Source: Candidatus Poribacteria bacterium
Lineage (GTDB): Bacteria > Poribacteria > WGA-4E > WGA-3G
DNA: 64,000 bases
Assembly: GCA_965205025.1 (NCBI GenBank)
Contig: CBDBFU010000002.1
Coordinates: 128,001-192,000, forward strand
Direction of reading: 5' to 3'
Part shown: positions 11,011 through 20,086 of the stretch, one piece after another
How positions within the stretch are numbered: position 1 is the stretch's first letter
How the letters are laid out: each line of letters begins with the position of its first letter
Translations under genes and position numbers: made by a program
Notes under the pieces: model-generated
Database searches by the model: none
Told to the model about the DNA's origin: nothing
What the model saw: only the letters and a program-made list of their open reading frames with translations

Positions 11011-11826
11011 TTAATAACTTGCTTTTAGTGAACCCCACGTTGTAGAAACTTTGTTTGCTGGATCCACGGCAAGTGCTTGTGAGGTTAGTAATTTGGCATC
11101 GCCCACAGTGGAATGGTCACATCCAATTCCGTCTCCACCATCTCCCATGACGATGGTAAGTTCCTTAGCATTATTGGGTATGTCAAATTCCACTTTGACT
11201 GCTTCGATATTTTCTCCACCTTCAGAACCCTTAAGAGTTTCGGATTTGAAGGCTTGTTTTCCATCAATAGAGAAGGTGAAATCGCTACTACCGCCGTGTC
11301 CACACCCACCTGGGTCTTTTTCATCAGACATTCCAACATACGCTTCAAATTTGACGTATTTCCCTCCAGATAAATCATAAACGAGCGTACCAATAGCATG
11401 ATTACCAAATCCACGGACAAAGAGTGTACCACCTATAACGATATGGTTTCTTGTGCCACCACCTTCACCGATAGTGACATTGTCAAAGTTTAGAGGTCCT
11501 CCCCATCCTGTCCATTCCCCTGCGGGATTCTTTGGAATGAGACCGCAAGCGTTTGGTTTGGGTGTATCTCCACCAATCAATGCAAGATAGACAACACCTT
11601 TCCGTTCATCTTCTTCAACGACTTCATCATAATCGTTGGTAACACCTACATCTTCTTTCCCTACCTCTTTAATTGGTACTGCTCCATCACCATCTATATT
11701 TGTGCAATCATCTTTTGCAGCATATACTGTGAAAGAGAACCCTATAATTAGAGCCATCATAATGAGTGTGAGAGATAACATACTACCTCTATCATTAATT
11801 GCCCTATACGTATTAACAATGTTCAT
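11011..11826 (-). CDS. Secreted NPCBM/NEW2 carbohydrate-binding domain protein, paralog 1
   Basis: GGAGG RBS before ATG 11826; colinear and highly similar to 10096-10872; tail AVDPANKVSTTWGSLKASY. Confidence 0.75.
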   Translation of the reverse strand: MNIVNTYRAINDRGSMLSLTLIMMALIIGFSFTVYAAKDDCTNIDGDGAVPIKEVGKEDVGVTNDYDEVVEEDERKGVVYLALIGGDTPKPNACGLIPKNPAGEWTGWGGPLNFDNVTIGEGGGTRNHIVIGGTLFVRGFGNHAIGTLVYDLSGGKYVKFEAYVGMSDEKDPGGCGHGGSSDFTFSIDGKQAFKSETLKGSEGGENIEAVKVEFDIPNNAKELTIVMGDGGDGIGCDHSTVGDAKLLTSQALAVDPANKVSTTWGSLKASY

Positions 11827-12108
11827 ATAAACCTCCATATTGAGAGAAAGTTAATTGTTTACAGGATCACAATGTTTACGACTGGCGCCAATTAACTACT
11901 TGTAAAATAATTAATGCTATTATGATTTTATTATCGGAAATATACCCTTTGTCTCCGATGGTAACTGTATAAGTTACCACACTCACATAAGATTGGAAGC
12001 ACCTGTCGAATTTACTTTGTATTATTAAGGTCTTACTTGCTATAAGTTGAGTGATAAACGATTTGACACAACCAAATTGACAAGCATTGAAAAACTCTCC
12101 AATGCAAC

Positions 12109-12158
12109 AAAAAAAGCCCGCGACGTAACACTCCGTGCGAGACGAAGTACGTGCGAGC
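12109..12158 (-). terminator. Long hairpin plus U7 (terminator/attenuator) in the leader upstream of the NPCBM genes
   Basis: Minus strand reads GCTCGCACGT-ACTTCGT-CTCGC-ACGGAGT-GTT-ACGTCGCGGGC-TTTTTTT, giving two stacked stems. Confidence 0.6.
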
Positions 12159-12490
12159 GTGAAAGCAGGATAACCGCTAAAATTCTTAACGTTACTCTGT
12201 TGTAAATCGAAATAATAAATAACAGAAGTAAAGTTATATTTAACGAGGTGACGTGGGGGGGGTGAAAAACCTTGGGTTAAAGCAAAGCCTGCGACTATTT
12301 TACGTAGGCAGTTCCCGCTTGGACGATAACCTTTTAGCATATCTATTTTATATGGCAATTTTGCTTGTTGGTTTTTCATATTCAAATCCCAAATATCTGA
12401 AAACAAAACGAAATGTAAAGTCGTTTCTTACCCCATTCTATCCTTAGGTATAATATACATTATATTTTGACAGATGTCAAAATATATCTA

Positions 12491-12613
12491 ACAGGACTTA
12501 CGCAACTTAAGCAAAAAAGGTAAAATTTGACTTAAAAATCCGTCATTTCGGTGTTTTAACCCCCTAAATCCCCCTTATCAAGGGGACTTTAAGATGAAAT
12601 GCGTAAGTCCTGT
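12491..12613. mobile_element. MITE-like element family B (14-bp TIR ACAGGACTTACGCA) with internal REP-like hairpin
   Basis: ACAGGACTTACGCA ... TGCGTAAGTCCTGT perfect TIR. Internal CCCCCTAAATCCCCCTTATCAAGGGGAC. Second copy at 17458-17621. Confidence 0.75.
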
Positions 12614-12681
12614 CTAATTAATTCGCAAGAGTTCTTTAGAATTTACATTATCCTTTAATAACTCGTAAATTGGTAATAACA

Positions 12682-13101
12682 TTAACAGAGTTCTTGTGGG
12701 GAAAACACTATAGATAATTCGCGTTTTGCGTTTTCCAAACAATCGGATGCGTGTACAAGATTCTCAGTGATGTCAGTTGAGTAGTCTCCGCGGATACTTC
12801 CCGGTACCGATTCAAGTGGATCAGTTGCCCCATTAATAAGCCGTGCTAATTGAATCGCATTTTTACCTTCAACCCCGATCGCAACAATAGGTGTCGTGAT
12901 CATGAAATTGATGAGTTTATCATAAAAGGGTTGTCCTAAATGTACTTCGTAAAGTTCTTCTGCTTTGCTCCGTGACAATTGCAACAATTTCAACCCTATA
13001 AGTTTGAGTCCCTTTCGTTCATAACGGGAAATTATCTCTCCGACAAGTCCGCGTTGAACACCATCTGGTTTCACCAGAATCAGTGTCTTTTCTATTTCCA
13101 T
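12682..13101 (-). CDS. ndk: Nucleoside diphosphate kinase
   Basis: EKTLILVKPDGVQRGLVGEII, PGSIRGD, NLVHASD. Confidence 0.96.
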   Translation of the reverse strand: MEIEKTLILVKPDGVQRGLVGEIISRYERKGLKLIGLKLLQLSRSKAEELYEVHLGQPFYDKLINFMITTPIVAIGVEGKNAIQLARLINGATDPLESVPGSIRGDYSTDITENLVHASDCLENAKRELSIVFSPQELC

Positions 13102-13233
13102 CTCAACTCCGTTTCAATGTTAAACTTGTTCCTATAATACTAATATAGTGTCTATTCTTGACACTTAACCTATTGAGAGTATATTATATTTACTAATTAT
13201 TGTCAAATCATTAAAAATGGATGCGTAGTAGAT

Positions 13234-14211
13234 ATGTACGAAAAATTAGGTGAGTCCGAACTGAAATCAGGAGAATGCATGGAGGTAGGCGTAATTCACG
13301 CGCCTGATGAACCGCATGCAGACGAAATAAAGGAATTCCTTGGACATAAACCGGGGAATTATAAATGGCATATTGAAAGATGTGTTGATGAACGGCTTGA
13401 TGATTTATCAACACTTTTCTATGTTGGGAAAGTGGATGGCAATGTAATTACCAATATCATGACTGTTGAACACGAAGGGATTGGAATTTTAGGGCATGTA
13501 TTTACACTGCCTGACCAACGTAGAAAAGGGGCATGTAAAGGCACCATGGTTCACCAGATGGAGCACTTTCGAGGACGGAATGGTCGTGCACTCTACTTAG
13601 GAACAGGATACGATAGTCATCCGTATCATATCTATCACGGTTTTGGATTTGATAGCGTTTTTCCTGAATCTGGTTTTATGGAATATCATGTGGAGCAGGA
13701 TTTTCTTGATGATTATTTCGCTGCATCTACAGCGTCTCCTAAATCGGTTGAATGGCATGATTGGCCGAAGTTGACCGCATTGTCTGGAATTGTTGGTGTA
13801 GATATTTTACGGAGTCTTGCTTGGAACATCTACGGTCCATCTAATCTTGAAGGTCCATTTCTATCCTTTAAACATATTCTTGAAACTGAAGATGTGTATG
13901 ATGATGCGAAACTACTCATCTCTGAGAATGGAGCGATCGTTGGTTGGGCAACGGTGTGTAGAGATAGAAAATGGCGTGATAATATTGCTCTTATGGATCT
14001 GTTTTTCCATCCTAATTTTACTGATTCTGTTCCTGATCTACTTTCTGCGGTGGAGTTTCCTGATTTAAAGGTTCAATGTTATGTTGATAGTACGTCTGTA
14101 AAGAAGACGGAGGTATTGGAAGCGGAGGATTTTTCTTGTGAGGGTGAGTTCAAAAATCAGTTTTCGTATGGTGGTGAGGAATATGATGTGTTGGTGTTTG
14201 GACGTGGATGA
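13234..14211 (+). CDS. GNAT-family acetyltransferase (probably two GNAT domains)
   Basis: GHVFTLPDQRRKG acetyl-CoA motif A; YHIYHGFGF motif B. Confidence 0.7.
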   Translation: MYEKLGESELKSGECMEVGVIHAPDEPHADEIKEFLGHKPGNYKWHIERCVDERLDDLSTLFYVGKVDGNVITNIMTVEHEGIGILGHVFTLPDQRRKGACKGTMVHQMEHFRGRNGRALYLGTGYDSHPYHIYHGFGFDSVFPESGFMEYHVEQDFLDDYFAASTASPKSVEWHDWPKLTALSGIVGVDILRSLAWNIYGPSNLEGPFLSFKHILETEDVYDDAKLLISENGAIVGWATVCRDRKWRDNIALMDLFFHPNFTDSVPDLLSAVEFPDLKVQCYVDSTSVKKTEVLEAEDFSCEGEFKNQFSYGGEEYDVLVFGRG

Positions 14212-14226
14212 TTTGCGATCTAAATA

Positions 14227-14340
14227 ATACTATTTCTATAGATGTTTATCCCATGCATAGATGTTAAGCATGTCTTGAAAAACCACACAAACTGGAAGTT
14301 TATGCTACATTAAAGAAACCCTAAATATCAGAAATGGTAT
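14227..14340. mobile_element. MITE-like element family A copy
   Basis: ATACTATTTCT ... AGAAATGGTAT with central CACAAACTGGAAGTTTATGCTAC. Confidence 0.6.
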
Positions 14341-14352
14341 AACTACCTCTTT

Positions 14353-15342
14353 TCACTTTTTGCTTTTATTGAGCGTTGATTCAATCATAGCATGGGTATC
14401 AGGTTCACTACATAGACTGAGAAAAATTTCATGTTCCAAGTCCAACAAGTACTGTTCTGTGACGAACTGTGGTTCTGAAAGTCTACCCCCACAGATAACA
14501 TACGCCAACTTTTCAGCAAGAGACTGCTCATAATCGTTTATGGCGTCTTCCTCTCTCAATTTCTGAACATGTAGATTTATATAGTTTATCCCTTCCTCAC
14601 CTAATACAAATATATTTCGTGGTTGATGTGGCTGATAATTATTGTTACGGAGTGATATGACAAGTTGTTTTGCATCATGTAGTAGGTTTGTTCTATCGGC
14701 AGTGATTAGATCAGATTCACGAAGGAAACCGAGTTTTTTTGCTTCAGCACTGTTTTCTGAAACTTTGGCTTCACGGATGGTGTCAAATGCCTCCAATAAA
14801 TTCGGCATTATCTGCTGAATCGGTGTTGATGTGTTTTTACCATCTAAACAACGGAATGCCATTTCTGTAGTACCACCACCACCGGGGATCAGTCCAACAC
14901 GAAGTTCAACGAGTCCAAGTTTGCTGTTCGTATGTGCTTGTATAGCGTCTGCTCCGATGGCAAGTTCACATCCACCCCCGAGTGCCATACCTGCTGTAGC
15001 TGCTACGACAGGTATTGATGAAAGACGTAGACGCGTACAAACCTTCTGCAGGTTTCTTAGTGTATTTGAAATTGCCTGCCAGTTTTGACTTTGTGCGCGT
15101 TCCAGTAATAGTTTAAGGTTGAGACCTACAGAAAAATGGTATGCTTCTGTACCGAGGATCAAACCTGAATAATTCGTTTCTACTTCGTCCAGGGCAGAAT
15201 TAAGCATTGATAGCATGCTATCTTCTATAATGTTCAACTTACCATGCAATTCAAGATAGGCGATACCATCACCTATGTGAAAAAGGCTTGCTTCTGCACT
15301 GGTTTTAATGGGTTTAGTATCTGATGTTTTGATTGTTGACAT
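14353..15342 (-). CDS. Enoyl-CoA hydratase/isomerase (stand-alone crotonase part of FadN-type proteins)
   Basis: FSVGLNL, GMALGGGCEL, GLVELRVGLIPGGGGT, TEQYLLDLEHEIFLSLC. Confidence 0.85.
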   Translation of the reverse strand: MSTIKTSDTKPIKTSAEASLFHIGDGIAYLELHGKLNIIEDSMLSMLNSALDEVETNYSGLILGTEAYHFSVGLNLKLLLERAQSQNWQAISNTLRNLQKVCTRLRLSSIPVVAATAGMALGGGCELAIGADAIQAHTNSKLGLVELRVGLIPGGGGTTEMAFRCLDGKNTSTPIQQIMPNLLEAFDTIREAKVSENSAEAKKLGFLRESDLITADRTNLLHDAKQLVISLRNNNYQPHQPRNIFVLGEEGINYINLHVQKLREEDAINDYEQSLAEKLAYVICGGRLSEPQFVTEQYLLDLEHEIFLSLCSEPDTHAMIESTLNKSKK

Positions 15343-15390
15343 TCCAATGATTCCTTTAATAGTTAAAACTCGCTATAGGTGTATGATGGG

Positions 15391-15789
15391 TTACGCATCA
15401 AAAATGTATGTGATTTCGTCAAAAGAATCTCGAGCAAATGTGAATATGAAAACCAGGGGTTCTTTTCCCGTGCAACGGACGGAATGTTTAGCATTGGGTG
15501 GTATGTAGATTGTTGATCCTGCGCAGACTTCTGCTTGAGAATCGTCAATTTGCATGAGTCCATTCCCACTGATGATGTAATAGGTTTCTTCTGGTTCGTG
15601 GTGATGTAGTAATAGTGATTCGCCGGGTGGTATTTCAGCTATTCCCGTTACTATTCCGCTACTTGGCATGCGTTCACTTGTGATTAGAAGCTTCCAGCGT
15701 ATAGGACTTTTTGCAGCAATTTCTGGGTCATCCCAACCTTCCCACTCAAGTTCGGACTGATTGAGGATGATAGGTTTCACAGATGTCAT
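15391..15789 (-). CDS. Cupin-2 protein, DddK/DddW DMSP-lyase-like
   Basis: WKLLI..SSG..GIAEIPPG..L.LHHHEPEETYYIISGNG..YIPPNAKH..G.EPL.F..F..DSFDEITY. Confidence 0.75.
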   Translation of the reverse strand: MTSVKPIILNQSELEWEGWDDPEIAAKSPIRWKLLITSERMPSSGIVTGIAEIPPGESLLLHHHEPEETYYIISGNGLMQIDDSQAEVCAGSTIYIPPNAKHSVRCTGKEPLVFIFTFARDSFDEITYIFDA

Positions 15790-16239
15790 AATACTTCCTA
15801 TTCTTTGGATTATACAGATACGGATTAGTTATTATACAGCAATAGGTGTATGGTGACAATTCAATTATGATCTGAGGGTGTGTAAAGTTTTTGTCACTAA
15901 ACCTTATGCTGCTATTGGTCTGGATACCAATATTTATCTCAAGTATCATCTTTAGTTTTCATCTCAACTGTAATTATGTTAGATGTATGGATACTGTATA
16001 TTGTAAAAAACTGTTAATATTTGTCGTTTTGAGATGGTCTCACATTCACGGAAACCTTCACGGAGCATTTTTGCGAGCCCTTATTCTATAAGGGTTTATA
16101 ATTTTAACTATACCCATTCTCCGTGAATCACATACGTTAACTGTTATATAACTTAAATGCGTATGAACTGTATTTCTGGTTTTCAAATGAATACAACATT
16201 TCTATTTGTTCAACTTCCGTTTGCGTCCCATTCCTCTTC

Positions 16240-16283
16240 TGTAGGAGCGACCTCCTGGTCGCGACCGGGAGGTCGCTCCTACA
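16240..16283. repeat. GTAG-type REP inverted pair
   Basis: TGTAGGAGCGACCTCC..GGAGGTCGCTCCTACA perfect 16-bp inverted repeat; a half copy occurs at ~36097-36121. Confidence 0.75.
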
Positions 16284-16433
16284 AGTAAAGTGTCTAAATT
16301 ATATCTAAAGTTTACTATATTTACACACCCTTTAGCGTTCTTTATATTCATCCAATGGGTTATTATACTGTAAATTCCTCGTTTCAACTTATTAACAATA
16401 GTAATATTTATGTTATTTTAATGTTGAAAATAG

Positions 16434-16780
16434 TTACACTTTTTGTCACACGGTGTGACATTGATAAAACCTCTCTCCCGTCAGTACTATACTGGGTTTA
16501 GAGCCACTTTTTTAATGTCACAAGAATTTGTCACTGTGACGATTTTTGTGTCTTTTTCTTTACTTTTGATCCATTGATTTGGAATCGTTTGAATGTGAAA
16601 CATCTTATCCATCCATTTTGACATGGTATTAGAACATATCCCATAAATCATAGATTTGGAGGATTCTTTGTACGTGCAATTTGCTATATTTTGAACCAAC
16701 GGACGGGGAAACACTAATTCTATGAAGAGAATTATATCTGTATGGACGATTCGTAGTAATGAGATACACTGTAGTTTACT
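16434..16780. repeat. Dispersed ~340-bp non-coding repeat, copy 1
   Basis: Colinear with 54998-55340 (e.g. TTACACTTTTTGTCACAyGGTGTGACATTGATAAAACCTCT; CATAAATCATAGATTTGGAGGATTC). Confidence 0.75.
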
Positions 16781-17457
16781 GTTGTGCATGATAGTCTGTT
16801 TTGTTTGAAGTCGGTCTAATTTTTAGTTTTTCAAGTTTTTTTAGTTGCTTTTTAAGAAATGCTTTTTTAATGAGCCGTAAACCCTGTTGGGGGTTGGGAT
16901 AACAAAGGATTTGATTAATAGGTGTAAAATTTTAAAATTAGAAAAACTAAAAAAATATTCGGTTGAATTCGTATTGATTTTCCTCCGTATCTGCTTTTTT
17001 AGCCTCTTACTATATATGTTTTGAGAACGATTCTCAAAAGTTTGCAATTCTGAATATTTTTGTTGTAGTTCTAACATGGATAATCCTATACTCCAGATAG
17101 TGAATTTAGTTAAATGTAGCAGGAAGTTAGAAGTAGCAATAATGAAAGTACCATAAATGTTTATCTCATGAACAGATGTTATACATGGCTTGAAATGCTG
17201 CACAAACTGGAAGTTTATGCTACATTAAAGAGATTTTCAATGATGGGAAACGGTATTCTATAGAATTATGTATTCTGATCCAGTTTCGAATATAATCAAT
17301 CCCGTGAAATCCTAAGTACTGTGTTAGTTTTAGTTTAATATAATTGAACGATATAGTATTGTACAATTTTATTTTCATTTTGACAAATATTTTTATGTTA
17401 TTGTGATATATGTATATTAGTTGTTAGATATTCATGTTTTCTTCATTTTATTTTTAT

Positions 17458-17621
17458 CAGGACTTACGCAGTTTGTGAAGAAAATAGGAGATTTTAGTCA
17501 AAAAATCCGACAATTAAGTACTTTTTGTTTTTTAACCCCCTAAAGAATCAACGGTATGAATGCCTTAGGGCATTCCCCGCCCCTTATCAGGGGAACTTTA
17601 AGAGGAAATGCGTAAGTCCTG
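17458..17621. mobile_element. MITE-like family B copy carrying an inserted ~35-bp micro-element
   Basis: CAGGACTTACGCA..TGCGTAAGTCCTG. GAATCAACGGTATGAATGCCTTAGGGCATTCCCCG (17545-17579) interrupts the CCCCCTAAA/CCCCTTATC motif. Confidence 0.75.
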
Positions 17622-18130
17622 TTTCTTCAATAAATATACTTTAGGTAAATCCGAAAGGGTCATTAGTGTAGTGAGAATAAACTGTAAATCGGTAAATTCT
17701 GATTGGATTTATTTGTAATTGAGATTTCATTGGTGTTTATTATAGTGGCAAAGAGTTTACGCACCTATGATCTGATTTCAAGGGTATTGAAACAACGATA
17801 ACCAACTTACAAGTCAATGCAATACTGCTCGGATACGCGATCGTGACATTGGGATTTATTACACGATTGAGCAATGAGTTTTCTGGTTTTACATTAGGTG
17901 TATTCCTGAATCAATGTTAGGTCGTCCATTGATGTCGTTCAAATATATGATCATAGCATAAGACAAAATAGAAATATCAAACTTATTACAAAAAGTTAGA
18001 TAGGACAAGTCTTGAGTTTAATATTGACATAATATTACCATCATGTTATGATTATCCAAAATTGAATTAGTCTAAGAATATCTATTGCGCGCATCTCACC
18101 TTAAGATTTCTTAAATTCTGAATTAATATT

Positions 18131-20086
18131 ATGATTACTTACAAAGAATGGAATAAAGCACTTATTTCCTATTTTTTTGAAAAACGAGAACCTGGGGAAA
18201 TAGTCTTTCTACACACGACTTCTGAAACATTACCTGATATTGTGAAGCATGCAGGTTTTGATGTTGCGGATGCTGAAGAAAGTTTGAAGGAAACAGTAAG
18301 AAAACAGGTTATATTAAACAGAATCATTCCTACCGATGAGATTTGGCTTCGCAGGATCTCTCCTGCAGAAAAAGAACCTCCGCACATGGCTTTCCTTGCC
18401 CTTTGTGTACTCGCTGCAAGTAATATGGAAAAATCTGAAGAAGCCTCTCATACCAATTATTATGTGCAATTAAACAAACTACTGTTTGACAAATCGAATG
18501 GAGGAAAACCAAAAGGACTCAAATATCAAGATTGGGAAGAAAACTGGATATATCTCCAAGATTGGGTGAAAGATAAGCATGACGTAGAACTATATCTGAC
18601 AGAAGGTCATCCAAAGTATGTTTGGTATCCGATTTCGCAATGTCTGATTAGTAAATATGACGAACATAAACTTCATACTATTTTTAAGGAAGCTAAACTG
18701 AAACCTGGAGCATACCTTGCCGAGAAACAACTTTTTGACATACTTCGTATAAGCAAATATTTTCAAAATCTTTCAGTGAAAATAAAACGACCTTTAGAAC
18801 AAAAAACTGCTGAAATCCGATTGATTTTAGGTCAAGTCCAATTGCTTTTAGAAAACTGGGATGGTATAGTACAGGAGAGAAAGAAAATCGGATGGGCAGA
18901 AGAACGTAAGACTTACATAATTGATGTCCAACTAAAATTCAATCCATTCAGATCCGAACAAATTGATCAGCTTCGCTACTGGTTTAGATGTAGACGAAAC
19001 CCTCAAATTACTTTCAAAGCCAATTCACTAAACGTAAAAACTCTACAGTCAGATGATGGCAAGTGGTTTGAACCATTCGTTGTGGATGCTGATATTTCAA
19101 CACTCCAAGTACTGCAAAAAGGTATTGATATCAGATCTGAAGAAGCAAAATCGTTAACTTATCAGTTAAAACCTAACAATATTTGGGTTTTCCGGAACGA
19201 ATCAGAACCAGATGAAGGTTGGTTTAGCAAAGGGAACCTTTTGCTACACGAAGACCACCGTATAGTATTTCGCAAAGAACGTCGTAATCGAGTCACATCA
19301 ATATTGGAAATTGTATGCGAACCATTTAATCCGCCACAATCAATTTACATTGACCGTGAAGAAACAAATTGGCAATTTGTTGATGTTAAGCCAACAGTTT
19401 TAGCCAAATCAGATATTTTAGGATATCGTATAACGACATCAGAGCAAATTAGTTTTGTTGGTGGATTGCCTTTAGACAGACGAAAAAACCAATATTTTGA
19501 CTTTTGCCTTCCTACGATTGTTGTTCCTGACTACTATACAGTATCCGATGAACCTCTTTATTTCAATGGTAAAGCAATGAATGTACCAAGTAACCGAAAA
19601 ATTGTGCTTACTAAGAAACTTGATCCGGGTGAATATGAACTCTCCTATCTAATAAATTCTCGACCAAAATTGCGCGTTGTTTCTCTCAAACGCTCATGTG
19701 ATTTTGAAACTCAAACCTTTGTAATCAATATTGATCTTAATTCTAAGGATCCTCCTTTTTTCAAGGAATGTAATCTTGCCGAGATTTCAGATGATTCAAA
19801 ATTATGGCTTTCAGGAGCGAAGTTTTTTGGAGAAGACAAAATCCCGCGCTTGCCAAATGGTGGCAAAGGAGTATCTGCTTTGTCTGCTGCTGAACTTGTC
19901 TCGTCAATTGTGAAAGTCGCAATGGAACTAAAGCAGGATAATATTGATCTTCCAGAGTGGTTAAACAACGCAATGAATATTCTAAATCAAGACATAGCAT
20001 TACAAGCACTCGTAAAAAAGAAACTATATGATTACCGAGAAATTGCCCTGTCATATCAAGAACTCTCCGCTTTGGGAGGTGATTGA
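18131..20086 (+). CDS. Druantia-like accessory protein 1 (resembles N-terminal part of DruH/DruF/DruC-type proteins)
   Basis: First gene of a coupled operon upstream of a DruE-like helicase; Y.EWN.AL..YFF, FLALCVLAAS, YV.YPISQCL, FVGGLPL motifs. Family assignment is from recall. Confidence 0.6.
   Translation: MITYKEWNKALISYFFEKREPGEIVFLHTTSETLPDIVKHAGFDVADAEESLKETVRKQVILNRIIPTDEIWLRRISPAEKEPPHMAFLALCVLAASNMEKSEEASHTNYYVQLNKLLFDKSNGGKPKGLKYQDWEENWIYLQDWVKDKHDVELYLTEGHPKYVWYPISQCLISKYDEHKLHTIFKEAKLKPGAYLAEKQLFDILRISKYFQNLSVKIKRPLEQKTAEIRLILGQVQLLLENWDGIVQERKKIGWAEERKTYIIDVQLKFNPFRSEQIDQLRYWFRCRRNPQITFKANSLNVKTLQSDDGKWFEPFVVDADISTLQVLQKGIDIRSEEAKSLTYQLKPNNIWVFRNESEPDEGWFSKGNLLLHEDHRIVFRKERRNRVTSILEIVCEPFNPPQSIYIDREETNWQFVDVKPTVLAKSDILGYRITTSEQISFVGGLPLDRRKNQYFDFCLPTIVVPDYYTVSDEPLYFNGKAMNVPSNRKIVLTKKLDPGEYELSYLINSRPKLRVVSLKRSCDFETQTFVINIDLNSKDPPFFKECNLAEISDDSKLWLSGAKFFGEDKIPRLPNGGKGVSALSAAELVSSIVKVAMELKQDNIDLPEWLNNAMNILNQDIALQALVKKKLYDYREIALSYQELSALGGD

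Noticed and set aside
10096-11826. Diversity-generating retroelement TR/VR pair
   Set aside because: Differences between the paralogs are spread over the whole genes and are not adenine-specific; no reverse transcriptase in the window.
12250-12330. FMN or c-di-GMP-I riboswitch on the + strand (GGGGTGAAA..AAAGCCTGCGA; GCAAAGCC)
   Set aside because: Only fragments of the consensus are present, the downstream conserved elements are missing, and no + strand gene follows.
11876-12406. 176-aa ORF upstream of the NPCBM genes
   Set aside because: No recognisable motif, atypical composition, and it runs through a terminator-like hairpin.
16487-16789. Paralogous small proteins 16487-16789 and 55095-55532 sharing ESSKSMIY
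   Set aside because: The similarity follows from the DNA repeat; starts and stops are not conserved and there is no evident RBS.
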